A stretch of DNA of 64,000 nucleotides from assembly GCA_943787575.1 (NCBI GenBank), contig CALSMY010000018.1, positions 1,240 to 65,239 on the forward strand, in the 5' to 3' direction. The notes beneath the pieces are model-generated. The model had not been told where the DNA came from. It saw nothing but the letters and a program-made list of their open reading frames with translations, and did not search any database. Each line of letters begins with the position of its first letter. Position 1 is the stretch's first letter. Below are positions 49,815 to 60,833 of the stretch, in pieces. The DNA is from an uncultured Opitutales bacterium. GTDB taxonomy: Bacteria; Verrucomicrobiota; Verrucomicrobiia; Opitutales; Seribacteraceae. Position numbers and translations under genes: made by a program.

Positions 49815-50711
49815 TTATGCGATATAGCCCATGGCTTCTCCGAATCTAAAGTAAGTTTCATAACCCTTGGCTGATTGTTCTAGAAGATCTTCGCGGAAAT
49901 TTATGCAATTTTTGGGAAAGATAGTCATTACGCAAGATCCGCCAAAAGAAAAATATCCAAATTCATCTCCTTTTTCGACAAATGAATTTTCATTGGCGGT
50001 AATGTGAACAGATCCCACACAAGTTGCTCCGATTAGAAGTTGGACTACCTTTCCTACCTGCTCGTTTTCCACAATTGATAAATATCTCTTGTTTTCCCAG
50101 AAAATTGAGAGTCTTTTTCTAAGTGCGATTGGATTTACAGAGAGTAAGCTACCGTTGATTAATTTGTTATCTCCCACTTTGCCAGAAAGTGAAAAGTGAA
50201 ACCGGTGGTAGTCTACAGGGCATAGGCGACTAATAACCATGGATCCCTCTCTAAAGGTATTTCCTAAGTTTTCGGAACCGAGTAATCTAGAAAGATCAAA
50301 CCCTTGCCCCTTGGCATATACTTGCGAAACTTTTGATAAATTAGGCAGGATTAAGTGTCTTCCATCTGCAGGAAAGACGACCGAAGCTTGGGACGGGTGA
50401 ACCGGACGAGCTTGAGGTTTTAATTTACGGAAAAAAAATTGATTAAAGGTTTCGTAGCTTGCGGTTTTATCTAAAAATTCATCGGTGTTGAGCTCATATT
50501 TTTCGATAAAAGGGCAAATTTTGGAACGGCTTTCGGGGGTATCCATTTTGTTTCCATACCACTTGGAGAACCAAGGTCTTTTAACCATTCCCCACAATCC
50601 AATTCTTCCTAAAATGTTTTCGTAAGAAAAACGTAACCATTTTTCCCCGTATATTTTTTCGGTTTCATATACCGAAAGGTAGGGATTCCAAAAGCGTATG
50701 TCCGGATTCAT
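49815..50711 (-). CDS. psd: Phosphatidylserine decarboxylase proenzyme
   Basis: FNQFFFRKLK..ARP, PADG, RLCPVDYHRFH, ENKR, GATCVGS, FGGS self-cleavage motif. Confidence 0.92.
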   Translation of the reverse strand: MNPDIRFWNPYLSVYETEKIYGEKWLRFSYENILGRIGLWGMVKRPWFSKWYGNKMDTPESRSKICPFIEKYELNTDEFLDKTASYETFNQFFFRKLKPQARPVHPSQASVVFPADGRHLILPNLSKVSQVYAKGQGFDLSRLLGSENLGNTFREGSMVISRLCPVDYHRFHFSLSGKVGDNKLINGSLLSVNPIALRKRLSIFWENKRYLSIVENEQVGKVVQLLIGATCVGSVHITANENSFVEKGDEFGYFSFGGSCVMTIFPKNCINFREDLLEQSAKGYETYFRFGEAMGYIA

Positions 50712-50721
50712 TTAGATGTAG

Positions 50722-50745
50722 AAATAAAGCCCGATCCGGACGGGC
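50722..50745 (-). terminator. Probable intrinsic terminator after rpmB
   Basis: On the - strand, GCCCG-tccggat-CGGGC followed by TTTATTT. Confidence 0.5.
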
Positions 50746-50757
50746 AAAATGGAAGTC

Positions 50758-50988
50758 TTAGGCTTTTTGGATTTTTCCAGCCTTAATTGCTTTAACTGAT
50801 ACCCATTGACGTTTAATTTGTCCGCTGGGAAGTTTCACACGGATACGTTGTAAGTTTGGCCTGAAAGTGCGTTTGTTGTTTTTGACTAACTGTAAGCCGA
50901 TACCACCGGCTTTTTTGCTAACGCCTTTATGAATAATACGACCGCCTACTTTAGGGCGCTTACCTGTGATTGCACATACTTTGGACAT
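50758..50988 (-). CDS. rpmB: 50S ribosomal protein L28
   Basis: MSKVCAITGKRP...KRTFRPNLQ; start at ATG 50988. Confidence 0.95.
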   Translation of the reverse strand: MSKVCAITGKRPKVGGRIIHKGVSKKAGGIGLQLVKNNKRTFRPNLQRIRVKLPSGQIKRQWVSVKAIKAGKIQKA

Positions 50989-51052
50989 AACGAAAATAAG
51001 GGGATAAAGGTTAAATAATGTCAGAAAACAGCGATCTGACAAGATAAAAGGC

Positions 51053-52042
51053 TTAAAGGGGTTGCAGGTATTGATGAGCTTTGATGGATGAATTGCTCTC
51101 CGTAAGATAGTATATCTCTAACGCACTTGTTTGTGCAAGGAACATGGGTGCTTTATGCTTTCCCAAAACTAGGCAGGTCGATGCTATGGAATCAGCAATC
51201 ATGCCAGTTGGAGCCACCACAGTAACTTGAGCACTCCCTTTTAAGCCAATCCCAGTCTTTGGATTAAGTAAGTGAGAATAGCGTGTTCCATTTATTTCTA
51301 AGTTTTGCTCAAGATCGCCCGAGGTGGCTACCGCACAATTTGATAATTCAAGTACGGGCAATTCCGGGTGAGGCCTTCCTCCAATTTCTACACGCCACCC
51401 CTTAGATGCTTTCGGGGCATCGCCAATGGTCAAGTCTCCACCAGCATCGATTAAACATTTTGCAAAGCCCCGATTTTTCATTGCTTCAAGCATGCGGTCT
51501 GCAACATACCCTTTGGCAATACCTCCTAAGTCTAGAACCATTCCTGGAACGAGCAGATTTCCAGAAGTATTCAATCTGTTCAGAACTAATTTTTGATAAC
51601 CGGTTCGTTGCCGAGTTTCACGAAGTTTACTCATTTTGGGTAATTTTTGTCGAAAGCGGGCAATTCTCCACAAACGAGTGAGGGGACCTAAAGTTACATC
51701 AAATGCTCCATCGCTCATTCGCGAAAGTTCTTGGCCATACTCTAAAACCCTAAAGAGTTCATCAGATAATTTCACAGATCTACCATCTACTGAACTTTGC
51801 GAAAACAGAGATAGTTCGCTGTTTGCCTCATAGTCGCTAAAAAGCATATTTAGACGAATACCTTCACGGAAGGCTGAGTCTGTTGCCTTTTTGAGAGCAT
51901 CTGTCATGGGTGCATCTACGACTATTTGAACCTCAGTGCCCATGATTTTTTTAGAAAAGCGTGCTTTCGGTGTACCCTTCTCGTCTCCAAATCCAACAAG
52001 CACATAACTCAAAGTCAGCCACAGTTGGAGTAACTTAATCAT
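51053..52042 (-). CDS. apbE: FAD:protein FMN transferase
   Basis: MGT, GAFDVTLGPL, LDLGGIAKGY, GGD, AVATSGD, YSHLLNPKTG, ADSIAST. Confidence 0.95.
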   Translation of the reverse strand: MIKLLQLWLTLSYVLVGFGDEKGTPKARFSKKIMGTEVQIVVDAPMTDALKKATDSAFREGIRLNMLFSDYEANSELSLFSQSSVDGRSVKLSDELFRVLEYGQELSRMSDGAFDVTLGPLTRLWRIARFRQKLPKMSKLRETRQRTGYQKLVLNRLNTSGNLLVPGMVLDLGGIAKGYVADRMLEAMKNRGFAKCLIDAGGDLTIGDAPKASKGWRVEIGGRPHPELPVLELSNCAVATSGDLEQNLEINGTRYSHLLNPKTGIGLKGSAQVTVVAPTGMIADSIASTCLVLGKHKAPMFLAQTSALEIYYLTESNSSIKAHQYLQPL

Positions 52043-52098
52043 TTTTGTAGGTGATTGGAATTTGAGAGAAAGGATGATTAAAGATTGAGATTATAAAC

Positions 52099-52122
52099 AA
52101 ATATCTCTTAGTAAGGATATTT
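52099..52122. promoter_or_regulatory. Near-perfect inverted repeat in the divergent apbE/cytochrome spacer
   Basis: AAATATC-t-CTTA-g-TAAG-GATATTT. Confidence 0.4.
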
Positions 52123-52134
52123 ACTTTTGTATTT

Positions 52135-53874
52135 ATGAAGCCATTCAAACTTACTTGCAAATTCGTACTTGGAGCAATCCTCGCCACACCTTGGGTTCAA
52201 GGAAATTCCTCGGAGATTGATTTTGCCCGCGATGTTCAACCTATCCTCGAACACAACTGTGTGAGTTGCCACCGCGAAGACAACGCCAAGGGCGATGTGC
52301 GATTAGACACAAAAGCCGCCACTCTTGCCGGGGATGATGTTTTGGTGCCTGGGGATCCAGAGTCGAGTTCGCTTTATTGGACAACCACTCTGCCCTTGGA
52401 CGATGAATTAATTATGCCTCCCATTAAAAACGAGGAAAAAGACTATCCTTTAACTGATGCCGAAAAGGCAGTCCTTGAACAGTGGATTGTGGATGGAGCA
52501 GAATGGCCTGAAGAAATCGTACTAGAACCGCGCAAGCGTCTACCTAAAACCATTTCGTTTGTTGAGCATGTACAGCCTATTTTGGAGCTCAACTGTGTGG
52601 CTTGCCACTACGAGGGGAAGGTAAAAGCAGACCTGCGCCTAGATACTAAGGCTTATGCATTTGCCACTGATTATGTGATTAGTCCCGGTAATGCCCTTGA
52701 GAGCGACTTATATGTTCTTTGCACTCTTCCCATGGATGACGAAATGTTCATGCCCCCAGCCCCAGCGGATCCGCTTTCCTCAGGTGATTTATATACCTTG
52801 CGCCGATGGATTGATGAAGGTGCGGATTGGCCCGAGGAAGTAACTTTGGCTCCGAAGAAGAAGTCGCTCACCATCTTGGGGACGATGCCCAAAGACCTGT
52901 ATAAGGAGCTTGGTTTTTCTGAGGGTCCGGTAACGGATGAATTTTCCGAGTACGAGGAGGAAATATCTACTTCCGACCTTGCTTTTGAACTCGTGCCAAT
53001 CGAGGGGGGAGAATTTACCATGGGTAGTCCGTTGGATGATTCTTCTCGCGGTGAGAATGAGTGGCCCGCCCACCAAGTTGAAGTTTCTGACTTTTGGATG
53101 GGCAAGTATGAACTCACTTGGGACCTTTACGAGTTGTGGATGCTCAATATTGACCGGGATAACCGGGCTTACAAAAAAATGGAGGAAACCAAAGCCGATG
53201 CACTGACCGATGCGGTTACCAAGCCGACAGCTCCCTATACTGATATGACTTTTGGAATGGGCAAAAGCGGATTTCCCGCGATCTGCATGACTCAATTGTC
53301 TGCTAAAATGTATTGTATGTGGTTGAGTGCCCGAACTGGCAGGTTTTATCGATTGCCCACCGAAGCTGAGTGGGAATATGCCTGCAAGGCAGGGAGCGAT
53401 ACCGCTTATAACTTTGGAGATGATTCCGAATCCCTGCCCGATCATTCATGGCACCTCAAAAATAGTTTCTTTCAGTACCAATCAGTTGGGGGAAAGCCTG
53501 CCAATGGCTTTGGCCTTTTTGATATGCATGGTAATGTTTGGGAATGGACCCTTGATCAATTTGCTCCACCTCCCACAAAAGCACCTTCTGAAAAACGGGT
53601 AAACCCAATGGTAGTGCCCACCTCACTGTACCCAAGAGTGGTCAAGGGCGGTTCATGGGATGACGGTCCCCAAAACCATCGTTCAGCTGCACGCATGGCT
53701 TCTGAAGAATCCTGGAAACAACAGGACCCTCAAATTCCTAAAAGTGTATGGTATCATACCGATGCCCTGTTTGTTGGTTTTCGTGTCGTACGACCAAGAG
53801 AAATTCCACCCCTGGAAGATATAGAAAAATACTGGCCATCTGAAGCCGAGATTTTGGCTATTCCCTCACGGTAG
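52135..53874 (+). CDS. Secreted protein: two planctomycete-type cytochrome c domains + FGE-sulfatase (SUMF1/EgtB/PvdO-like) domain
   Basis: CVSCH and CVACH in duplicated F...VQPIL..NC..CH...MPP...WI..GA.WP units; GGEFTMGS, RLPTEAEWEYAC, FGLFDMHGNVWEW, KGGSW, VGFRVV. Confidence 0.9.
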   Translation: MKPFKLTCKFVLGAILATPWVQGNSSEIDFARDVQPILEHNCVSCHREDNAKGDVRLDTKAATLAGDDVLVPGDPESSSLYWTTTLPLDDELIMPPIKNEEKDYPLTDAEKAVLEQWIVDGAEWPEEIVLEPRKRLPKTISFVEHVQPILELNCVACHYEGKVKADLRLDTKAYAFATDYVISPGNALESDLYVLCTLPMDDEMFMPPAPADPLSSGDLYTLRRWIDEGADWPEEVTLAPKKKSLTILGTMPKDLYKELGFSEGPVTDEFSEYEEEISTSDLAFELVPIEGGEFTMGSPLDDSSRGENEWPAHQVEVSDFWMGKYELTWDLYELWMLNIDRDNRAYKKMEETKADALTDAVTKPTAPYTDMTFGMGKSGFPAICMTQLSAKMYCMWLSARTGRFYRLPTEAEWEYACKAGSDTAYNFGDDSESLPDHSWHLKNSFFQYQSVGGKPANGFGLFDMHGNVWEWTLDQFAPPPTKAPSEKRVNPMVVPTSLYPRVVKGGSWDDGPQNHRSAARMASEESWKQQDPQIPKSVWYHTDALFVGFRVVRPREIPPLEDIEKYWPSEAEILAIPSR

Positions 53875-54000
53875 TTTTGGATACTGGCTTATGGAAGAGA
53901 GCCAAAGACGGTTAGGGATAATTTTCTATCCTTTCTGAAAACAACAAAGCGGATTTAAGTTGCCCGCGACTTGCACCTTGGATCAGTTTAAAGGTTAGGA

Positions 54001-57000
54001 ATGAATCAAGAATTACCTGATCCAAACAACCGGCCAATTGTGGGTCTAAAAAGCAAGGGCTTTGCCTTGGTCATCACCCTGGCGCTCGTCAGCTTTGTTT
54101 TCTTACTGGTTATTTCATTAATTAGCCAAGTTCGTATGGATCTCGCTTATTCGGATGTCCGACAAGACCATATTCTTGCCAAAGCACATGCTCGTATGGG
54201 CATGATGATTGCCATTGGAGAAATCCAAAAACATCTTGGGCCCGATACAAGAGTAACCTCTACGGCTGATCTTTATGACGATCGTATTGAATCGGAAAAA
54301 GATTACCGAGCATCGGGTTACCCCTTGCCATCCACAAATTTAGAAGAAGTTAATCTTTATGAATCCGGAAAAATAAATAAAATAGAGCTTGGTCAGCGAC
54401 AATGGACTGGTGTGTGGAAGAATAGGGGTGGTTGGGCAGAGACCAAATTGCCCACTCCGCCGCTTCCTGAAAATAGAGACGATGGCAAAGCCCTGACCCT
54501 ATCATGGTCCTACGATTCAAGTTATGATCCGCACCCCGCAGTTGAACAGGCTTGGCTTGTGAGCGGAAATGAGGGGTGGAGCCGAAAACTCGGGATTATG
54601 GATTCTGCTGGTGTTTTATTTAGGGAATTTATTGAAGTGCCAGATGGAATAATTATCGACGACGAAGGGGTCAGAGTCCTGAAGTGATCCCTTGGGTGGA
54701 ACTTACGGAAATAAGGAAAATCCATGGTCCGATCACAAAAGTGTGGTTGAACAAATGGAATCTACGGGGTCATATCACCATCCGCTTATACCTTTACAGG
54801 ACCCAATCGGACCCGATCGAATGGACGGATCCGAACAAACGACTTGGTTGCTCAAGGCTCCCCTGCTAAATGAATCTTTCGAATCCACAAATTTTGATCA
54901 TCAAAAAAATTGGAAAGATTATTTGGTTACCGAACCTGTAAAGGTCAGAAAAACCGCCCTTCACTTCAGTGACGACAAGCGTAATCAAGAAGAAGACGTT
55001 GACTGGGCCGAACGAAGTGGAAGCTATGCATATTGGGTTGGAGACGAAGGTGTAAAGGCGAAGATCAATCTGATGGAACCATTTAAAGTGGAAGATGATG
55101 AGAGCATTACTTATCTATTAGATTCTCAAAATAAATTAAAGCTAGCCAGTGAGCCCAACATTAACGATGGAAGCTATGGCTTTGAATATAGTTCCGGGTT
55201 CGAAAAACGGAAGGACTTGATTAGTGCTTTAAGCATAGATGATTTATTATTGAATACTTCTTCTTCAGAAATTGGTTCAAATTATCATTATCATTCTATG
55301 ACTTCAGATTCTTTTGGAGTTTTGGCTGATGTTCGAACAGGGGGATTAAAAAGAGATTTAAGCCAGGCATTTGCTTTAAGCAAAAATACGAGTAAAGCCT
55401 GGGAGAAGGATTTTGGAGAAAACTTCATTTTTCGCGATCGGGTTCGGGCAATGAAGAATATTCCACTTGAGGCAGATACCATGAAGAACCAATGGTTTGT
55501 TTCTGCAAATGACGCGACTGTGGATGATCCCGATGCCCTTTTGGCAGGTCCACCATGGTCAGTTCTCGCGGGGTATCATAATTTAACAGATTTAAATAAT
55601 TCACTGGCGATGGATGCCCCCGACCAATTTCCCAGAACAGTGGGAGATAATGCTCTAATCTTTGGCCGAAGGGCTCCAGGAAGTCCCCGTAATGCCTTTA
55701 AGAATGCCCAGGCTGCGTATCCCTACTTTAATTGTTTTAGCTCCTCGGTTAGAAGCATTCGTCCTGAGCCCAAAAATCATCCGATCTTACCGGTCTTTGT
55801 CAAAGGGAGGCTTTCTATTTCTCCTGTTGCAACAGACTCCCCCGGGAACTTTTGCCTTGGGATTAATCCTGCGATTACACTTTGGAACCCCTATGATAAG
55901 GAAATGATCTTGAATGATTTATTTGTTGAGATTCCGTTCGGAGGAAATGGAGGCACTCCTAGTTCTTTAACCTGCAGGGTCACCCAGGTTGATTTTAAAG
56001 AATATGATTTGTACAGAAAATGGTGGGCTTATATTTACGGTGATTTTAATGCGTCGTTTGAGTTGTCAAAGAACGACCTTAATTCAATCGAACGCGAATT
56101 CTCAGCAGGATACATTAAGAATTGGAGGCAACCATGGGGAATATATTCTTTCTCAACTTTCAGGAATACCTATAATGAAACACAATCTCAACCGGGTTTA
56201 ATTGATACCTTTCTACAGAACTCCTCCCCACCATTGGGCTCGAGCATAAACCAAGCAAATTGGAATAATAGAGTGCCGCCCGATTCGATGTATGGAATAA
56301 AATTACAAGGCAATACATTTTACCATGAAAATCCACGAGATGGCATTGGGGATTATACCTTTACCTTTAATAGTATGACCAAAGAAGAATTCTCTTTTAA
56401 CCGGCTGTTTATGAGGATTAAAAACCAAAGCGACTCCTCTAATTCTGTGACATTAGCACCTGGAGAAGTGGTAACTTTTGCCGCTTTTGCTTCCTCTAAC
56501 GCCATAGATGTGCAAACAAATCAACCCGTTGCGTCCGGCTCGGTGCCTGACCCACCATCTGTTATAAATATTACAAGAAAACCCATGGGGGAAGTTGAAA
56601 AAGGCTATGTTTGGGATTCCGGCTTTGCTCTAAACAAAGATGCTTGTGCCTATGTAATTAACATGGGGGGAACTACCGGTTACCTTGTAAATACTGCCGA
56701 AAAATATACTCCTCAAGGAATCCTATCCAGTGTACCTTGGTCTAATTCTGAAAGGTATACAAAGCCGAATTGTTTTACTATTTGGCAGGGAGATCCCAAT
56801 AATCTTGAAGAGAGCAAAGTATTAACTCGTTTGACCAAACCGAGTAGCATAAATCCAAAGTCGTTGTCAGATATCCGTTCAGAAGCAAAGTTTAGCACGA
56901 ATGATTATCTCCAGTGGAATTTGGAGCAAAGTGCACAAGGAGCCTATCAGGAAAAATTGTTTGGTTTGGGCTGGGAGGTTGCAATGAGCATGCCTGGAGA

Positions 57001-59445
57001 TTTGGATAACGATAGGATTACTTTTAATGAGTTTAACCCTCGTGCATTAGTTCACAGTACCCAGCACGGCCAAGGTAGTTGGCTTAAGAGTCCTCGTATA
57101 TTGCAACCGGACTCACTACTCTAATCCTCCTCAATTATCCTTTACTCCCTCTCCCGGTCCTTTTTCCTACTCTATCGACGGCAAATCTTTTGCATTTAAT
57201 GTTAAAGATGACCAGTACCTTGAAAGTACGGCAAAATCTACTCCTGATATTTTCCAACTTCCAACCGTGTCTTCTGAAGATCCAGTGCCGGTCAATTTTA
57301 ACAATAATAATTTAGGCACAGTAGCCAGGGGTAACCTGTTAACTTTATCGGATAAAGGCACAAGTTATGGGTTTGATGAGGATGATAACCCTGACTCTTA
57401 CAATGATCCGGTTGTAGATGCTTCCTTTGGGCAGGAAAGAATTGGTTTTTTTAACAAAGATGAAAGCACGGGATCGCCATATACAGGAAAATTTTCTGGT
57501 TCTACACATGCGGTCATGTTCGAAACCCCAAAGGGAAAAGTTCTGTCGTTACTTCAATACAGGCATGCTAACCTGAACAATTACTTGCATGGTCCAAGCT
57601 ATGCTCTGGGGAATTCATATGCCACCACACAGGTAGCCAGGCATAGGAGTTGGGGAAGAGTACAGAGTATTACTAAAAAACCCACATCTGAGGGGGGGAT
57701 GCTCAGCGTAAGCAAAAATATGGAAGATGAAGATAGTGCTATAGCATTCTACAAAAACCTGCTTGGAGATGAAGTTGCAAGAGCAAGAGGTTTAAACAAC
57801 TTTATTGAATGGAACATCGATCCTAGTCAAGGATTTGCTCCATGGAGGTATTGGGGAGCTGATCAATTAAACCACCAAAATACAACCATTGATCATTCTT
57901 ATTATTTGAATCGAGCTCTTCTCGATGGTTATTTTTTGTCTGGGTCTAAAACGGGTAAAGATTATTCGAACGAAAATGATACTTTATTGGGGCAAAGGTT
58001 TCGTCCGTTTTTGTGGGACACTGCAAGCGGACAAGCTTTTAATCCTGCTAGTCATTCAGATATTGTCGGGAATAATCGATTAGTTGGATATTTACGAAAT
58101 GGTGAGTGGGAGGATTCACTTACCAGTTATAATTCTCAAGATGATGAGGATGACTATCGTTACCAAACGATTGCCGGAGATTTATTGCTTGAAGGAGCAT
58201 TCAATGTAAATTCAACTTCGGTTGATGCCTGGGTTGCTCAGCTCTCTTCCTTGCGGGGTCTACAAATCCAGCGACTAGATGGATCCTCTGCAGGTGTTGC
58301 TAACAGACGAGACACCGGTGGTTCGATTTTTGAATGAGCCAGCTTCCAATAACTGGAACGATTTGCGAACCTTAACAGATGAGGAAATTGAAAATTTAGC
58401 CAAAAGCTTGGTCAAACAAGTCAAACTGCGTGGACCATTCCTTTCTTTTGCCGATTTTGTAAACCGTAGATTAGCCCTTGGTCCGATGGATAGTGATCCT
58501 AGCAAATCCAAAGGTACGCGAGTAAATTTCGTTCTGAGGGATTTAAATAATTGGGAAAAGGAAGATAGGTTTACCACTCAGGGGTTGAGGGGGGCTGTTC
58601 AATCTGCAATTGCAGAAGCAGGGCTTAACGACGAAGGTTCATGGACAACCGACGACTGGATTCCCAAAGTGCCTTTGTTTAGATATGACTCGTCTGGAAT
58701 ATTGTTTGACTCCTCTTACGGACTAAGAGCATCAGCTTTAAATTCACCATCCTTAGACCCGGGTGGTAGTACACCTCGTTCTTGGGGTATTGGATCGTCG
58801 ACGCAGTTAAAACTAATTTCTCTGCCTGATGTAAATGGGAATGGATCGCTTGATTCGATTCGGGATGATATTATCACCTATCCAAGTACAAAATTTGGTG
58901 AGGCTCCGGAGAATCTATTAGCCGTTGAACACTTGGCAACTGGTGCGAATAAGCCTGGTTGGGTAATGCAGGCCGATCTTCTAAGCCCATTGGCACCGGT
59001 TAGCTCAGCCCGCTCTGACACCTTTGTCATTCGTGTGATGGGAGAGACGAACTCTGATTCTCCCGCAAGAGCATGGATTGAACTTGTAGTTCAAAGAACA
59101 CCAGACTTTGTAAAACCTGATATAGATCCAGCTCATCATCGCCCTCACGAACCCTTTAAGGACAAAAATAATAATGGATATTGGGATAATGGCTTTAATG
59201 AACATTGGTTGGATTTAAACCGCAATGGAGACTCACTTGCACAACCGGATTTACCCGGAGTGGGCGAACTTGGCAGACAGAAGGATTACAGAGACGGTAT
59301 GCTCTCCGATTTAAAATTAAAAATGGATCCTCAGGAGGAGGATACCCAATCCACCTCCCAAATCTCTTATCAAGGAATTAACCAAAGGTTCGGCCGAAAA
59401 TTTAAAATTATCCGTTTCCGCTGGTTAAGGGAGGAAGATGTTTAA
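54001..59445 (+). CDS. Giant pilin-like protein, Verru_Chthon cassette A/PilX-type, about 1800 aa (three single-base frameshifts)
   Basis: KG|FALVITL N-terminus; GPDTRVT, AWLVSGN, YAYWVGDEGVKA, DVRTGGLKRDLS, GAFNVNSTSVDAW, RGPFLSFADFVNR, RSDTFVIR, FGRKFKIIRFRWL; ORFs 54001, 54692, 57267 and 58279 join via indels near 54682, 57097 and 58302. Confidence 0.82.
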
Positions 59446-59463
59446 AGAATTAGGGCCTTTAAA

Positions 59464-60291
59464 ATGATGAACTTTTTTTTAAATTTTCGAATCTTGTTAG
59501 CTTTACCCCCTTTACTTCTTTCAGGCCAATTCGCTTGCAATTTATTTGCTCAAACTATTGTACCCACTTCTGAACCAACCGCTTATTTTAACGCGGTTTT
59601 TTTTGATAGCGGAGGTTCAGAAAATTTTGTTTATGCACCGTGGGGTAATGCCCAAGAGACCAATTCCACAATTTTTAAGATTCGGGTGGGTTCTTATCGA
59701 ATGTCTAAAAAGTTTTCTTATTATGGGAACAGCCCGCTCAAGCTTTACATTAGCAAACAAGACTTGGCTGATTTGGACGCTCCTCCCAAACTAATTTCCG
59801 TTGTAGAGCACGCTTTTAAAACCTCTAATTCAGGGACTGTGGAAGAAGTCTTATTACTAAAAAAAACCAAGGATGGTACGATCCAATCCTTCGGATTACC
59901 CTTCGGTAAATTCAAAATCCCCCAAGGGAACTTTCTATTTCAGTCTTTTGCCAAGGAAATGACTTATTTTAAGGTTGGAGAAAATAAATTTAGTTTGCCG
60001 GGCGGAAAGTCCAAGTTGGTTCAACCAGGTTCAAATGTAAAAGACTTGTCCATCAATGGATATTTAAAACGAAAAGGTAAATTCAAGGATGCTCTTATTC
60101 AAAATATTTCAAACTCTAAAACAAAAAGAGGTATTCTTGCTTTGAATGTTTCTGGTAATATGATCAAGCCACTTTCCTTGATTGAAAAAATAATTAAAGA
60201 GGAGTCTGTATTGGGATACGGATCTAATCGAACAACGAATCCTCTACAGCGGTCAGATGATCAAAATGCCACTAAAGCTACTCGGTTTTAA
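59464..60291 (+). CDS. Hypothetical secreted protein following the giant pilin-like gene
   Basis: Signal peptide; beta-rich; SKKFSYYG.SPLKLY; 18-nt gap from the upstream gene. Confidence 0.65.
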   Translation: MMNFFLNFRILLALPPLLLSGQFACNLFAQTIVPTSEPTAYFNAVFFDSGGSENFVYAPWGNAQETNSTIFKIRVGSYRMSKKFSYYGNSPLKLYISKQDLADLDAPPKLISVVEHAFKTSNSGTVEEVLLLKKTKDGTIQSFGLPFGKFKIPQGNFLFQSFAKEMTYFKVGENKFSLPGGKSKLVQPGSNVKDLSINGYLKRKGKFKDALIQNISNSKTKRGILALNVSGNMIKPLSLIEKIIKEESVLGYGSNRTTNPLQRSDDQNATKATRF

Positions 60292-60319
60292 ACCCCTGAG
60301 TTGAGTCCGTAAGATATCA

Positions 60320-60729
60320 TTAAAAGCCAAGGGATTGGTCCTTGGTAATTTTTCGATAGTAACATCCTTTTCTCGCGACCCCCTTCTCATCTTTGACATG
60401 GCATGCACCCTGCCCTTTGGGGCGTACACGATAGAGGATGGAGTTTTGTTCACAGTTTACCCGAACTTCTACGATCTCTAAATAGTCACCCGAGGTCTTT
60501 CCTTTGATCCATAATTCATTCCTGCTGGAACTCCAAAAGGTAGCCATGCCCTCCTTCGAGGGCTGTATTCAGGGCTAAGTTGGTTGGCATAGCCAACGAT
60601 TAATACCTCTCCACTTTCCGCATCCTGTGCGACTGCGGGTATGAGGTCTTCACCACAGGCAACAACCTTGGCAAGTTTCTTAAAATCGAGGGAGAGGGAG
60701 GTCCCGTTTTCCAGTTCGTGATGGTCCAT
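60320..60729 (-). CDS. hisI: Phosphoribosyl-AMP cyclohydrolase (two extra bases near 60555-60578)
   Basis: LIPAVAQD..SGEVL.VGYAN joined to FWSSSRNELWIKGKTSG...NCEQ...ACH...CYY; removing two bases gives QLALNTALEEGMATFW. Confidence 0.9.
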
Positions 60730-60833
60730 ATTTTTTGATTACTATGATGTGCACGGATAGTCGATTGGGAAAAGCTTTGTTTCTTACAATTGTCTGTATT
60801 CTCTGACCGAATTTTATTATGTATAATACCAAG

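Noticed and set aside
49900-49960. Inactive psd because of GGSC instead of GGST
   Set aside because: The pyruvoyl-forming Ser is retained and the other catalytic motifs are intact
52789-53445. Long antisense ORFs (for example 52789-53445, 17813-18325, 37509-37997, 2094-2540)
   Set aside because: They are shadows of well-supported genes on the opposite strand and show no protein motifs
52950-53874. True formylglycine-generating enzyme
   Set aside because: The catalytic Cys pair after the GGS motif is absent and no sulfatase is adjacent
54670-54700. TGA readthrough or alternative genetic code at ORF breaks
   Set aside because: The downstream coding sequence resumes in a different frame at every break examined, and TGA ends normal genes such as pth, zwf and yidC
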